Assembly (NCBI GenBank): GCA_013239625.1
Contig: MU053860.1
Span: 1 to 64,000, forward strand
Source of the DNA: Lama guanicoe
Lineage: Eukaryota
Direction of reading: 5' to 3'
Length of the DNA: 64,000 bases
Shown here: positions 1-13,330 of the stretch, in pieces
Layout: each line of letters starts with the position of its first letter
How positions within the stretch are numbered: the stretch's first letter is position 1
Notes under the pieces: model-generated
What the model saw: only the letters and a program-made list of their open reading frames with translations
The model's database searches: none
Told to the model about the DNA's origin: nothing
Program-made: the position numbers and the translations under genes

Positions 1-269
1 GGATCATGAGTTAAGTCCATTTTCAGTTTTTAAATGAACCTCCACACTGTCTTCTCTAGAGACAATGCAGCCCATTTTGTGAAAGCAGAGCCATGCTCAG
101 AGAGTAACGGGTATTTCTAGGGGCCAGACATGAAGCACAGTGAGTGTGGCCTGTTCAAGAATCAGAGGGCAGTCTGCCAGGGCTGGAGGAGAGTGACAAG
201 GGAAGTGTGGTACAGGTAGGATTCAGACCACACGTGGAACTGACAGGCTGGATTAAGGAGCCTGGACTT

Positions 270-725
270 CCAGTCATCCTCGGTAACCATGGGGCACTGG
301 TTCCAGGACTCCCCCCAGATATCAACATCCATGGATGCTGATGCATCTTGTATAAAATGACGTAGGACTTGCATGGAACTCATGTACATCCTCCCATGTA
401 CTTTTTTTATATATATACAAACTTTTTTTTTATTGAGTTATAGTCATTTTACATTGTTGTATCCAATTCCAGCATACAGCACAAGTTTTCAGTTATACAT
501 GAATATACACATGTTTGTTGTCACTTTCTCTTTTGCTGTGTCCTCCTGTGTACTTTAAATTATCTCTAGATTACTCATGGTATCTAATACAACATGAATG
601 CTATGTAAGTAGTTGCCAGTGTATGGCAAATTCAAGTTTTGCTTTTCGAAACTTTCTGTTTTTCCCAAATATTTTCAATCAAAAGTTAGTTGAATCTGCT
701 GGATAGGGAGCCCCTAGATGCAGAG
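270..725 (+). mobile_element. MER2/MER2B (TcMar-Tigger) DNA transposon, split by an L1 3' fragment
   Basis: Starts CAGTCATCCTCGGTAACC...GGTTCCAGGACTCCCCC. Continues TACTTTAAATTATCTCTAGATTAC...GCAAATTCAAGTTTTGC...AAATATTTTCAATC...GTTGAATC, matching the recalled MER2/MER2B consensus. Confidence 0.75.
405..540 (-). mobile_element. Short 5'-truncated L1 3' end with target-site duplication
   Basis: Poly-T then TATTGAGTTATAGTCA...TCAGTTATACATGA, similar to the L1 end at ~59140. Flanked by TCCTCCCATGTACTTT (389-404) and TCCTCCTGTGTACTTT (541-556). Confidence 0.75.
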
Positions 726-2784
726 AACCCCCAAGCTCCACCTTCCCACCTCCTAAATTTCCACTGCAAGCACTGAAGGGGTCCAAACATAGAAGAGCAC
801 CATCTACCTGCTGGAAACCCTGAGGAATTCCTTCAGCGTATCTAGCGCAGGAGAGAAGGCTTAGGGCCAACTAGTGGGAAAGGAGGGCCTGCCTGGAGAG
901 GAAGGAGGAAGGACCGCAGTGGAAGTCAGCTCGTACCCTTACTGGAGCTAGCTGATAGCAGTGAGGGAAGCCGAGGAATTGGACACACATCACGTGGGGG
1001 GCAATCCTGGCCCCCATGTGCAGGGTTAGCATAGCTGGGACCCAGTTTGCAAGATCAAAATAACAAGGAGGGAGAGGGGCTGCCTCAGCCCCGGGATCCT
1101 GACAACAGCCACAATGCCGTGACCCCAGCTAATGCGGCTCCCCTAGTAAGCCAGAAAAAGGAAACTCTGAGCCAAGATATTGCAGATTCCACCGCAGCCA
1201 CACGGATAACTAGATCTCTAAGCTGACAAAATGTAACCACCAGAAACAGGAATCTTTCATTTTCTCTTCCTTTGGACCTTTGGACAGAGAGCCACATATC
1301 TTTGACTAGAACCACCTTTAATCCAATAGAGAGCTCACTTTTTCAGGAATAAGCACAGAGAAAAAGAGTGGGGTGATGCTTTAAAGTGGAAGTCAAAGTG
1401 AAAGCCCATCTGAGAAATGGACAGCACCTTAAATTAAGAATTTTTTTTTTTTGGTGATGAAAAACAATACCTTAATTTAAAACAAAGCTTGGGACATCAG
1501 CAACACGCTGAGAGTTGTTGATGAGGAGAACATAAATCTGCATATAGATATGTAACTGTTCCAAGTCCACAGCTCAAAAAAAATTAGTCAATTATGTGTC
1601 CAGTTGATTGGGAAATTCCGATAAGTAAATAACTCAAAAGTGGGAAAGACATGGGATTAAATAGTGGTAGTGAGCAATGAAGTCCAAGATGTTTATACCT
1701 ATATTTTCTTTGTTAATGTAACAAACTTAAAGCAACTGTACAAAAAGTAGTAACTGGAGCACACAAACACACACACACACACAATTTGGAACAGCAGAGA
1801 GGTAAAATATGCTAAATTTATCATTACTGAGGAACAGGATCTAATAGATTATTTCATTTTTGAGACTTTTACAGGAATACTGGTCCAATTGCATATGAAG
1901 TTATGAACTTAGAGATGATATAAAAATTTAGAGAGAATTTTCATTAAAAGGCAATATAGCTTCCATATCACTGAAGAGAATATTAACAATAAAAAATTAA
2001 TCAATCCAGGTAATATGGAGTAACAGAGACCATATTTACCATCCTAAAATAAACCACAAAATGGATAAAATATATGAAGCAATGATTTTTAAGACACGTG
2101 AAAATGATCATCCACCCTTGTCCTGCCACCTCTATACCAAGGCTGCTAGCCCTCCTACTGCCATCACCAAGGATGTCCACCAGGAGGCGACATTTCCTTC
2201 CTCTGCTCCTACTGCAGAGCCAGTGCTGAGCAGTCCTTTTCCAGGTTTTGGCAGGCAGCTCCCAGAAGTGCTCTTGTGGACCTTTGTCCCTTTTAGCCAC
2301 CAACAAAGGGATCAAGGATGAGCAGTGAGCCTCCTTCCTCATCCAAGACCTAGGAACCTATCTGAATTCTGAGCAGCCCTTCACTCTTGTCTGCTCTCTA
2401 GTACTCTCTGCCCGGCTTCCCGAGTCCCCGACTTGGGCAGCCTGCACGCTGGCCACAGCCCATCAGTGTCTGTTCCCCCGCCAAGAGGCCACACTTGATC
2501 GTGAGCAGGGCTCCAGGCCTCTGGAGCAGCATGGCTTGGGCTGTGTCCTGGTCCTGGGCTCGTGAGCTCCATGCCCTTGGTTGAGTCAGTTAACATCTCT
2601 AAGCTACAGTTTCCTCATCAGTAAAATGAAGACATTACCAATATGGAAAAAAAAATCAGAATCTGAGGGGGACTAAGTTTCTGGTGATTGAAGATTATTT
2701 TAATTTTGAATTATACAGCAAAGGACATCACACAATTTTTACTACTTCATAATTCTAAAGGACAGCTGCTACTATTAAAACTAA

Positions 2785-3053
2785 TGCATGCACATACACA
2801 CAAACACATGTGCAGACACATTGGCTCTGCTCCACATACACCCCCACACGCACACACATATGGAGTCATGTACCACACACACACATACTATACACACAAC
2901 CACACACGCCCTCAGGTGCACAAACACACATAACAGACAGAACCACATACATTCCCAGGTGCACGTGCGTGCATGTACACACACACGCACAGTCACAGTC
3001 ATGTACCACACATGTCCCCAGGTGTGAGCATGTGCACACACACATCATACACA
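2785..3053. repeat. Degenerate (CA)n-rich low-complexity tract
   Basis: Interrupted CACA/CATG runs. They explain the His/Thr- and Cys/Val-rich ORFs listed here. Confidence 0.85.
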
Positions 3054-5419
3054 CTTTGGTGTTATTCTAAATCAATTTACAATTGAGAGTCACAGTGTCC
3101 ATTGTTTTATCCACACAGAAGATCCTGACTTTGGAGCGTGAAGCAGGAGCCCCTCCTCTCTGGAGACGGTCTTTACCACTTACAGTCTCAATAGTGCCAA
3201 CATAAATGCTCTGGACCTTTGGAAGCGCAGGGCTGGAGCATACCTGGGAGCTCACATCTTATACATGTAAACATGTTAAGTGCAGTAGGTTCTAAAGTCC
3301 TGCCTTTACAAATATACATTCATTATAAGGGGGAAGGCCAGGTTCATATTTAGAATTCCCAGACACAGGGGAGTCCAGCAAAGGAAGTGAGCATGTGGGG
3401 AGAGCTGATTCCCAGTCTCTGATCACTAGCCTGACCCTTTTCTTCCCAATGCTGTGTCCATCCCTTGCCACAAGGGGCCTTGGATGTGCACAGGGGGACA
3501 CTCAGTCCTCACTTCCAGGCTCTGCTCATACCCTCCATGCAAACAGCTGCCCTTTGGCCTCTCTGTGAGTCCTGGGAATCTGAACTCTGGGGAGAGCTGG
3601 TGCAGGCACTAGAAATGGGTCAGGGTCTTTTGAGGCAGGGCACTTGGGGTCCTGGGTTTCTAGAGCATGGGATGGAGCCAATGACCGTGTCCCTTTGGCC
3701 CTGCTGACTCCACCCCATGGAGGGCATGTCCAGAGGAAGTGTCAGTGCCAGAGGGACACTCTGTAGTGCAGGACCCAGGGCAGTGGGCCCCTTGCCAGGG
3801 TCTAAGGGTAGAAGCCCTAAGGAAAGGTCTGAGGAGGCTGTAAGTTATCTTCATAATCATTAATTAAAAAAAATAAAAGCTTACCACAGGCGTGGGTGGA
3901 AAGGGATTTGTTATAACAAAGGAAGGCACTTGCCAAGGTCTGGCCATAGAGGGCTGGTGGGTTTGCCAGGTTGATGAGGAACCAAGAGGCCATTAGTCTC
4001 CACTGGGTCTTAACACCTCCTGAATTCCTCCGGGTGGCACTGAAATGCAGTGAGACACAGAACCCTCTTAAGTTGTTAAAATCTTCACGGTGAGCCATTC
4101 AACTCTCTCCTCATTCTTGGCTATGAAAGAACGATAAACACAGGCCAGAAACTCATCAGCCTATTGGTTGGTTCACTATCCGTCTGGCGCCCCCTCTTGT
4201 AGGAGCCTTTATCACATCACCAAGGGCTGACCCGGCTCAGGATTATAGCTGATTTTCCACAGATGGCATCACTTGCTTGTGACATGAAGGAGGCATGTTA
4301 GCCACCTCCCAAACACTGAGGTTCCTCCTGGGTGGAGCCTGCAGACCCCCAGTCCAGCCTCTGCACCATGATGCTCCTTAGTGCCACTCCCATCTTGCTG
4401 CCCTGGCCTGTAGCTCTGGCCAGAACCTAGCTGGATTGTCGATACATGTCACGCATACACCACGTCTAAGCTTGGGGTCCAGATGTGACCATTGTTCTTA
4501 TTTTCTTCCTATCGATGGTTTGATCTTTGTGTAATCGTGTCGGCAGGAAGGCCAGTACCACCCTCTTGAGGCCTCCCTGAGCCGCCTCTTTCTATAACTG
4601 TCCTAGAACCCCAGGGGATCGGGTCTGAAGCCTGGCACTCAGACACAATGACAGCTGGAGAGACAGGAATCCACTCTTGCTGTGGCTCCTGCTGAGGCCT
4701 GATGTGGCCATAAAAATGGATCCCACAATCCCTGATGTCACTTGACTTGCTGCAGGGATGCTACCACACTGCCCCGTTACCCCCAGAGACCGAGGGATTT
4801 CTACTTGTTCCCAAAGGCCCCACCCCTGAGGGTGCACTGGGTCCAGTGGAGCAGCCAGCCTGGTTCCCCACCAGCCCTTAGGGCCTTGGGGGAAACTGGA
4901 ACATCAGCAACCCTCCCCTTAGGGGCCCGTTTGTCCTTTCCAGCCAACAGACCTAGGTCATAAGCACTTTAACTCACCTGAGGGTGTTTTCCTCACTTCA
5001 GGGGCAGTGAGGACAGGGCTTCTTCACACTACAAGTGCCCCAGGTCTGGATGCAGACAGCCTGGCTCTCCCCTCAGTCCTGCAGGTCCCGGCCACACCTG
5101 CTGCTGGTCCCTGATTCTGTGCTGTGTTCTCTCCCAGGACAAGAGGTGCACTCTGCCCCCTGCCCCGCCCCAACAGCAGTGGCAGAGGCGGCAGAGAGGC
5201 AGGTGAGCTGGGCCTGAGACCGTGCCCAGAAGTCAGTGCCCCAGAGGCCGCTGGTGACTAGAGGGAGCATGATGCAAAAGCCAGTATGGGATGGGAGGAG
5301 TAGGAAGTTTCAGGATAAGGAGATGAAAGGGGGAACGGATAGCACCGTGAGGACCTCAACAATGAAAGGGAAGAGAAAAGACAGTGACAGCTGGAGCGGT
5401 GTCAGCTTTAAAAACTGCG

Positions 5420-5730
5420 GGCGTTTTTATTTAATTTTATTAATTATCATCATATATAGTGACATATTTTTATTTCATTAAAGATTATGTGCCATGTCAT
5501 ATAACAGGATATAGTATGTTATTATTTATTAAATAATACATAATAGTAGATATACTAGCATATTATGTTCTGTTTATTATCAGATAGTATATAATACATA
5601 TGTGGGTATTTATACACATAATATATAATTCACGCATCTATATAATATATAACACGTAACAATGTAGGATTATGATTAATATATTTTATAATAAGATTAC
5701 ATGACAATAATGATGTAATATTACCCATTG
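5420..5730. repeat. AT-rich low-complexity tract
   Basis: TA/TAA/TAT-rich degenerate sequence. Confidence 0.7.
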
Positions 5731-6229
5731 TGTGTCTTGGTTCATGACACAGTCTCACCTTAGGTGCCTGTCAGAGGCATTTATGTATTAAAATTAATAT
5801 TATAAGAAACAGTTGTGAACCTATCACCCAGCATCAGAACAGGACTACTGACAGTGACATACTGTGTCCTATCCTGCTCTTGGCCTCTTCTCACAGGAAG
5901 TAACCAGCATCCTGAATCCTGTCTTACCCTTGCCTTGTGTTACTTTCACACACACAACATTTAAGATCAGTTAAAACAAATCAACTGCAGGTACATGCAA
6001 CAAAATGGATGAATCATACACTCTATGTTAAATTGAAAAAGTAAGCCCTAGAAGGTAGCCTATAGTGTGCTATGCTTTTAACTGTGTATATATATGTCAA
6101 CTAAACTCACTAAATCAAGAACAACTACAGCTAGACTCCAGGTGGCGGAGGAGCAGATAAAAGGTGAGGTGAGCAGATTTGCTGCAGGTGAGCAAGTTCC
6201 TTTCCAGTAACATGTCATTCTCTCTGAAT

Positions 6230-7250
6230 CAGGAGGCAAGGCCATCTGTTGGGAGTCAGGGAAGAGACAGAGGGAAGCTTAGAGGTTTGCAGAGAGCAGA
6301 GAATGTTGACACCACTGAGTGATAAGTGGGGAAATGTACTCACTAGGGAAATCCTTGAGGATTGCCTGGCAGTGGCAACATGGTGAGCATTGATTTGTAG
6401 TCTTAGAAATCTGTGCTGGGAGAGCCTGCTGCCTGCAGGCTCAGAACAAATCGAGCTGGGTGAACCGAGATGGAAGTCGTCCTGGTGAGGAACTGAAAAG
6501 GTCAAGGGTCAAGGGGGTTTTGTTTGCCATAAAGAGAGTGCTGACTGTGGATGCAGAGCTGGAAGGTGGGGAAGTGGAAGTAAGAGGAACGTGGACAGGC
6601 AGGAAAGTAGAGGAGTCAGTGCATGATGCCTCAGTGAGGGTGATGGAGGGCCAGGGAGGTTGGTGGAGAAGCAGCTGGATGGCTAGAGTTGGGCACTTAA
6701 AGGAGAGAGGCTGGACCTGGGGTGGAGACACGCCCAGGTATGAGCCCGGGGGTAGGGTGAATGGGCGGTGGCTGGCTCAGGCTGAAGGAGAAGACCCTAA
6801 AATGACCATACTGGGGGGTGGAGGGAGAATCAACTTTGACGTCTTGATGGTAGGAGTTGAGGCAATACAGAGCAGGTGGTCCAGGTGCTCCTGACTGAGG
6901 CAGATGAGCAGGGAGGCCAGGGTGGCAGGCACTGCTAGGAATGGATCTGGGTTTTCCAGGTGCTCCCAAGAGATGAGCAGCAATCATCTGAAGGGGGAAA
7001 GTGAGCACAGGGAAGCTAACCCAGGCTCCTGATCAAACAGAGGGTTGTGAGGGGGCAAAGTGTCAACTCCAGAGATGGTTGCCCAGGAAGCAGGGACCAC
7101 GGGTGAAGTGAGGGGACACTCAGAGGAGAGAGAGAGAAGAGTCTTCTGGGTGTAGGGGGAAGAGAGGCCTCAGGGCAAAGGAGCACAGAGGCACAGTGAT
7201 GTGGATGGACTGGCTCTATGGTGACACTGCAGGGATGGCTGGATTTTTGT
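6230..7250 (-). mobile_element. Old L2 LINE fragments (probable)
   Basis: Purine-rich degenerate sequence typical of antisense L2. No recognisable protein in the ORFs. Confidence 0.4.
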
Positions 7251-7589
7251 CCTGAGGGCTTAGGTTGGGGTGCTACTGGCCTCATGAAGATCCCCCTCTC
7301 AGCTGCCTGGACAGACGCTCCCACTCCTGAGAGCTGTATGGCCACCAGTGTTCCCAGAGGGGTTCTGCCTCCATTTTCTATCAGACTTTCCTGCCCAGCC
7401 CCTGACTGCCAGTGAGGGAGCCTGGGCCTCAGAGCTGTTTGCCATGGAGGGACACAGGCTCCTTGGAGAAGCAGGATGATCTTACTTTTCTCTGTAATCC
7501 AGGGACTAGCAAAGTGCAAGCGTATGGGTGGGCCATTAAGAGGCTCAGATACTTACTAAATTAACTCAGAGCAGTAGAATAGCAGAGCT

Positions 7590-7900
7590 GGAGGAAGTGA
7601 CCACTGAGCTCACAGAGTTCACTACCCACACCCCCATTCTACAGATGAGGAAACAGAGACGAAGCAGTGAAGCAGCCTTGGCCAAGGTCACGCTGCTCCT
7701 TAATGCTAGCCTGTGTTGGGCATGACAAATGATGAGCTGCAGTGAAGGGCCTGAGAGGGGGCTCTGAGGCCAGACAGCTTGGGTTCAAGTCCCAGCTCTG
7801 CCATTTACTAGCTGTGTGAATAATGACTGTCTTTCCTGTAAAGTGCCACCTCATTGGGTTGTTATGAACACAGCATTCCTGGAACAGCAGGACAGAGTTC
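7590..7900. mobile_element. Two MIR SINE fragments in opposite orientations
   Basis: CCCATTCTACAGATGAGGAAACAGAGAC...GCCAAGGTCAC, and GGGTTCAAGTCCCAGCTCTGCCATTTACTAGCTGTGTG. Confidence 0.75.
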
Positions 7901-8989
7901 TGTAATGGTTTGCTGTTGCTTTGGTTACTATTATTATCAACAAGTGAATCCTGAAATGAAGAACAAAGACAACAAGAATTTTTATTTTAAAGGATTTTAA
8001 AATCCGATGATGAATGTTTGATTTAATCTATTCAAGTTTGCATTTGACCCTTATTAACAACTACACAATGGATGACTTTTGAGGAAATGTTACTTCATGT
8101 CTTTAATTCTCACTAACTACACAGGCTATTCAACAGGAAGCAATTTTTTTTCCAGGAAGAGGGACAAAAAGTTAACAATATCTCAGTACCTCTCGGTTCC
8201 CAGTGAGTTGGTTGTGACCTGTCAACCCAACTTTGGGGAAGTGCCTGCTCCTCCTGGGCTCGCTGTGCTGCCACGCGGCCTCCAGGGGGTGCTGTACCCC
8301 CACACGAATCCAGTCCCTTGGTTCATATCTTGGCTTCAGATCCCTCAAGGACTGCCCATGCCACAGGGCCCCATCTGCCCTGCCAGCCTCACCTGCTGTA
8401 CTCTGGGACATCATCATGGGTCTCAAACATCCTCTGTTCCTACACCCGCCCCACTACTCTTCATTTTGTCCTTCAAGTGTGGGCTCCTGTGGCTCACCAC
8501 CCAGCAGGGGCCTCCCCGTCCTCCACCTCCGGTAACTGCATCGTCCTGCACGGTGCCTAGCGAACCCGTGTGGAGGCAGGAAGAATACAGAACAACAGGT
8601 GCTCAGAGGGGCTGCCTTTCCCACTGCAGGGGCCCTGTAGAGCTTTCTCCTGGCTGGTTATTCACAGTCGCTGAAGCTGTGGAATCTCAATCTCACCAAT
8701 TTAAAGGGCATCATCACTAATTAAAAAACCAATCATTTTTTCAGTAGCAAAAGGGCACTTTGTGTCCCGCACCTCCAACTTTCTCCCTCCGCCTTCAGAG
8801 GTGATTCTCACTCTCTGGGGAAGGGTAGAAAGCAACACACAGAACATTATTTTTCAATGTTTTTTTCCCACTCTGAAGATTGCTTTCCCAGAACCGATTT
8901 AGGTTTAGGATGGTTTGGCTTCCATGGAATGAGAATTCAGAGGCGCAGGGGGGAGGAAGTGGGGAGATAATTCAGCATTATTGAATCAA

Positions 8990-10593
8990 ACAGAGACATT
9001 AAAAGGTTCTACTCTAAACAGAAAGGAAGCAGGATGCTATAGAAACAGGAAAACCATAGTTGGAAATGCAATAACGAGTTACAAGGGAATAAATATGAAG
9101 ATGTAAAAAAGAAAAAGTACATCAAAATACAAAAAGGTGGGAATGGGAGACAATAGCAAGAAAAGATAGATTTTTCTCTCTTTCTTTTTTTTTCTCATTA
9201 TTCTTAGGATGTATTGGACCCTACGTGATTATCAGTCTAAAGGAAATAAATATAGTAATGGGTTGATATACTTGAAAAATAAGGTAACCACAAATCGGAA
9301 GCACACAATAGAGTCACAAAAAAAAAAACCCAAAAAGAAACAAACTCAAAATGGCTTAGGGACTTAAACATTAGATAAGACTCTATAAACCTCTCAGAAG
9401 AAAACATAGGCAAAACATTGTTTGACATACATCTCAGCAATGTTTTCCTAGGGCAATCCACCCAAGCAACAGAAATATAAGCCAAAATAAACAAATGGGA
9501 CCTAGTTACACCTATCAGCTTTTTCACAGCAATAGAAACCATAAGCAAAACAAAAGACAACCTGTGGAATGGGAGAAAATATTTGGAAAAGATGAGACTG
9601 AACATGGCTTAACTTCTAGACTATATAAGTAGCTCATACAACTTAATAAGAAAAAAAGTAAACAACTCAATCCTAAAATGGGCAGAACAACTAAACAAAC
9701 AATTCTCCAATGAAGATATACAAATGGCCAATAGGCAGATAAAAAAAGGCTCAATATCACTAATTATCAGAGAAATGCAAATCAAAATGACAATAAGTTA
9801 TCACCTCACACTTGTCAGAATGGCCACCATTCAAAAATCCACAAACCATAAATGCTGGAGAGGCTGTGGAGAAAAGGGGACCCTCCTACATTGTTGGTGG
9901 GAATGAAGTTTAGTGCAGCCACTGTGGAAAACAGTATGGAGATTCCTCAAAAGACTACAAAAAGTCTTATCATTTGATCCAACAATCCCACTCCTGGGCA
10001 TATATCCAGAAGGAACCTTAATTCCAAAATATACCTGCACCCCAATGTTCACAGCAGCATTGTTTACAATGGCCAAGACATAGAAGCAACCTAAAAGCCC
10101 ACTGACAGATGACTCAATAAAGATGTAGTATGTAGATATAAAAGAATATTACTCAGTCATAACAAAGAAGGAAATAATGCCATTTACAGCAACATGGATG
10201 GACCTGGAGATTATCACACTAAAGTGAAATAACTCAGACAGAGAAAGACAAGTATCATATGATATCACTTATATGTGGAATTTTTAAAAATGATACAAAT
10301 GAACTTATTTACAAAACAAAAACAGACTCACAGACTTAGAAAACAAACTTAGGAGTTTGGGATTAACCATTACAAACTACTATATGTAAAATAGATAAAC
10401 TACAAGGATTCACTGTAGAACACAGGGGAAAATATTCAGTATCTTGCAATCTATAATGGAAAAGAACCTGAAAAAGTATAGACTATGTATATGTACAACT
10501 GAATCACTATGCTGTATACCTGAAACTAACAAAACAGCTGTATATCTGAAACTAACAAAACATTGTAAATCAACCACATTTCAATTAAAAAAA
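8990..10593 (+). mobile_element. L1 LINE remnant: upstream fragment, ORF2 C-terminus, 3'UTR and A-tail
   Basis: ORF 9724-9906 reads [49 protein letters not shown], the L1 ORF2 C-terminal Cys-rich region. L1 3'UTR follows and ends at TCAATTAAAAAAAA. Confidence 0.95.
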
Positions 10594-11061
10594 AGATAAG
10601 CTCTAAATACCTTTATTCAAAGAAAATCTTCAACTCTTACCACTTACAAAAAGTAAAATGGGAAGCTTGAGCAGGACTAAATTATATTGAATGAGATGTT
10701 ACATACCTTCTCCAGCACGCGGCCCATGCTACACACACATCGTGTTTTCCTTCAGGTAAGAATGGCCCTTACTGCCCAGGGAGCGATTTCTGCTGGGATA
10801 AGGCCTCTGTGGCAGTGGCCACCTTGTCACCACTCCATCTCACCAGGAGGCCAGGGTTTTCAGAGGGGAGGGAACACAGAGCTCATACACTTCAGATCTA
10901 TTTCCTGAGAAAAACTATGGAAAGACCGAATTCACCTGCAGTGTGGGAAACATGAGCAGGGCCCCTAAGCAGATCAACAAGCCCAAAGCAAGATGGCCAG
11001 ATGTTCACATCAGAACCAGAACAACAACCCTCTGGCCCCAGTTAATCGATCACCATCTTAC

Positions 11062-11311
11062 CTGCAATGAACTGTTCGTACACAGTGTCAGGGATGTTTC
11101 TGTTGAGATTTGAGAAATCAAAAAATCAGACCAGGGAATCCGGACCTGGTGGATGTCCAGGCTCTGTCAATGGTAGAAGCGGCCCCAAGGGGGTAGCACC
11201 AGCACCGACTCCTCCATTTTCAGCAGGGTCTTCAGTAGGAAGGTGATGTGGATACAGACACCCCTATGGAGGCTGAAGCCCTCTGGAGGGTTGACATCAC
11301 ACAGAAGGTAC
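11062..11311 (-). pseudogene. POFUT2: POFUT2 (protein O-fucosyltransferase 2) exon 2, unprocessed pseudogene copy
   Basis: Reads [82 protein letters not shown]. Human as recalled: [84 protein letters not shown]. Acceptor ccctgccag and donor gtaaga are intact. W->TGA at 11167-11169 and a 1-bp deletion in a T run at ~11122. Confidence 0.95.
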
Positions 11312-11579
11312 CTGGCAGGGAACAAAGGAGAGCGGGTCTTCAGGGCCAGGCCTCTGCACAGGAATCCTGGCTTAGATAAAACAGATACAACAGGAATCCC
11401 TGCACAGCACATGGCCTAGACTCAAGACACGTTCAGCAGCTTCTGGTTTGTATAGTGGAAGCACTGCCCACCCATCTCCATGTGGTCAATTACTTCGAGT
11501 CCGGGAGCACATGCAGAAGACATCTTGGCATCTGTCTAAAAGTGCTAAGCATCTGACTAGTACCTGAGCACCTGTTCTC

Positions 11580-12047
11580 CAGGGGCTCTCAAGCTTCTTG
11601 GCCTACAGACCCCTCTACACTCTTAATTACTGAGGACTCCAAAAGGCTGCTGTTTATGTGAGTTAAATCTATCAATAGTTCCTGTGTTAGAAGTTAAATA
11701 AGAACTTTAAGAAATGCTTATGGGTTCACTTAAAAATAATAACAACCTACTACATGTTACCATTAATACTCAAGCAAAAAATAAGTATATTTTTCTAAAC
11801 AAAAATCATTTATGAGAAGAATAGCAGTGATTTTAATTTCTGCAAATCTCTTTTGGACTGGTGAGAGCTGAATTCTATCTGCCTCTACATTCCCTGTTTT
11901 GTGATATCACATACCTTGTTTTCCCTGGAAAACCCCACAGGAAACTCGGGAGTGCAAGAGTGTGCAAAAGGCAGGTGACATACCGGCATTTCTACGAAAA
12001 TAGTCTTTCATCTCAGGGGCATCAGACACACTTTGATAACTGCTGCC
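11580..12047. mobile_element. hAT-Charlie (Charlie1a-like) DNA transposon fragment within POFUT2 intron 1
   Basis: CAGGGGCTCTCAAGCTTCTTGGCC...GACCCCTCTACACTCTTAA...TGAGGACTCCAAAAGGCT...TGTTTATGTG, ending CACACTTTGATAACTGCTG. Confidence 0.7.
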
Positions 12048-12499
12048 CTACCCTAGGCGAGACTCTACTACACAAGAGCCAGGCAAGGGTCCTGGCTTCT
12101 TTAATGAGTTACCACAGCCACACGCCTGCCTTCTCAGTGTTAATATTTCCCACAGCCTCCATTACTGCAGATGAGGATGTAATCCTCAACTGGGCCCTCT
12201 AATCCCAGAAGACTGCCAACCTTGAGAGGGAGGGCCCATCTACCATCCCTACACCCCGCACAGTCTATTTTGAGTCAAGCCCTAGATAACTGCTAATCGG
12301 CACCGACCCTTGTGTCTTATTCCTGAGGTTTATCAAAGGAACCAACAACTGGATGGAACTGCAATTTCCCTGCAGATAAGCAAGGCTGATAAACCACCCC
12401 ATTCCAACATCTGATTCTGGGGCTCTTCAAAACCCAGGAAAGGCCCCACTTCATAAAAGATGGGTACTCTGCCTGCCCTTCCTGGGGCGTTCTGGGAGG

Positions 12500-13330
12500 C
12501 TGCAGCCACGCAGGGCTACCCAGACTCCCGGTCCCAGCCCCAGCGCCCGAGGAGGAGGAAAGCCCGTGGCTGTGCCCCCGCCCTGTCCCCGCCCCCGCCC
12601 CCAACCCGCTCCCCGGCACCACAGCCCCTCCCCGACCAGCACACCAACCCGGATCCCACCCCGGTCCATGTCCAATGGCCCCGCCAATGTCGCGGCAGTA
12701 CGTTTACCGTCTGTGGAACGCCACCCCAGATAGGATGTCGGCTGCCGACTGACCAGGCCAGACCTAGTCGCCCGGCTGAGCAAGCCGCCATCCCCAGCAG
12801 CAAGCACTGCCGTGGTCCCGGGCAGCTGCACACTTTTGGAGCCCTCTGCACGTCCCAGAAGCACACGCTGGCCCGTGCGGAGTGGGGCGCCTGTAGCCAT
12901 GGTGACGCCGCGGGGCCCTCCCCTAGCGCTTGCGTCTGAGTCCTCCCGAGGCTAGACGTGAGAGGGCAGAACTTGCGGAGCCAATGGGAGCCAGGGCGTG
13001 GCCAGGACGGGGGCTGGGGGGAGGCTTATGGGACAGCTGGGCGGGGCCGGGGCGGGCGGGGCCGCGCGGAAGTCCTTACCTGCAGGTGGCACCGGCTGGA
13101 GGCTGGGGCGGTGCTGCCACCAGTGAGCGGGGCAGCGGGGCGAGGGCACCCTCACCTGTCCGTGTGCGGTGCTCAGTCTGGGCTCCGCAGCCTCCACTTG
13201 CACTGGACGTGGACCCAGGCTACTAGTGGGCAAGATAGAGGACTGAGCCCAGGCACGCACGGCTGGCCAGGTAGGGCACCTGAAGTGCAGATCCGCCAGG
13301 CCCACTGCTGGCCTTGAATTCGCGCTTCTG
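12500..13330. promoter_or_regulatory. CpG island / bidirectional-type promoter copied with POFUT2
   Basis: High GC and CpG density. RFX X-box-like GTAGCCATGGTGAC (12893-12906), CCAAT (12981), GC boxes (~13039-13062), ETS CGGAAGT (13067-13073). Confidence 0.8.
12708..12813 (-). pseudogene. POFUT2: POFUT2 exon 1 coding part, decayed
   Basis: The 3' half reads VWPGQSAADILSGVAFHRR|gtaaac (human FWPGQSAADILSGAASRRR), and an LLLG signal-peptide remnant lies upstream. The start codon appears as ACG (12811-12813), with deletions and frameshifts. Confidence 0.9.

Noticed and set aside
679..870. YAEG...CLDP resembling POFUT2 exon 3 (YAEGWKEG...CIDQ)
   Set aside because: Only a four-residue match. The rest of the exon and its splice structure do not align.
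8079..8720. 213-aa plus-strand ORF
   Set aside because: Non-ATG start, no recognisable domain and no supporting exon structure.
12451..12900. 149-aa minus-strand ORF with a good Kozak context (MATGAPLRTG...)
   Set aside because: The ATG is part of the X-box-like motif, and the frame is not the POFUT2 frame. Long ORFs arise by chance in CpG islands.
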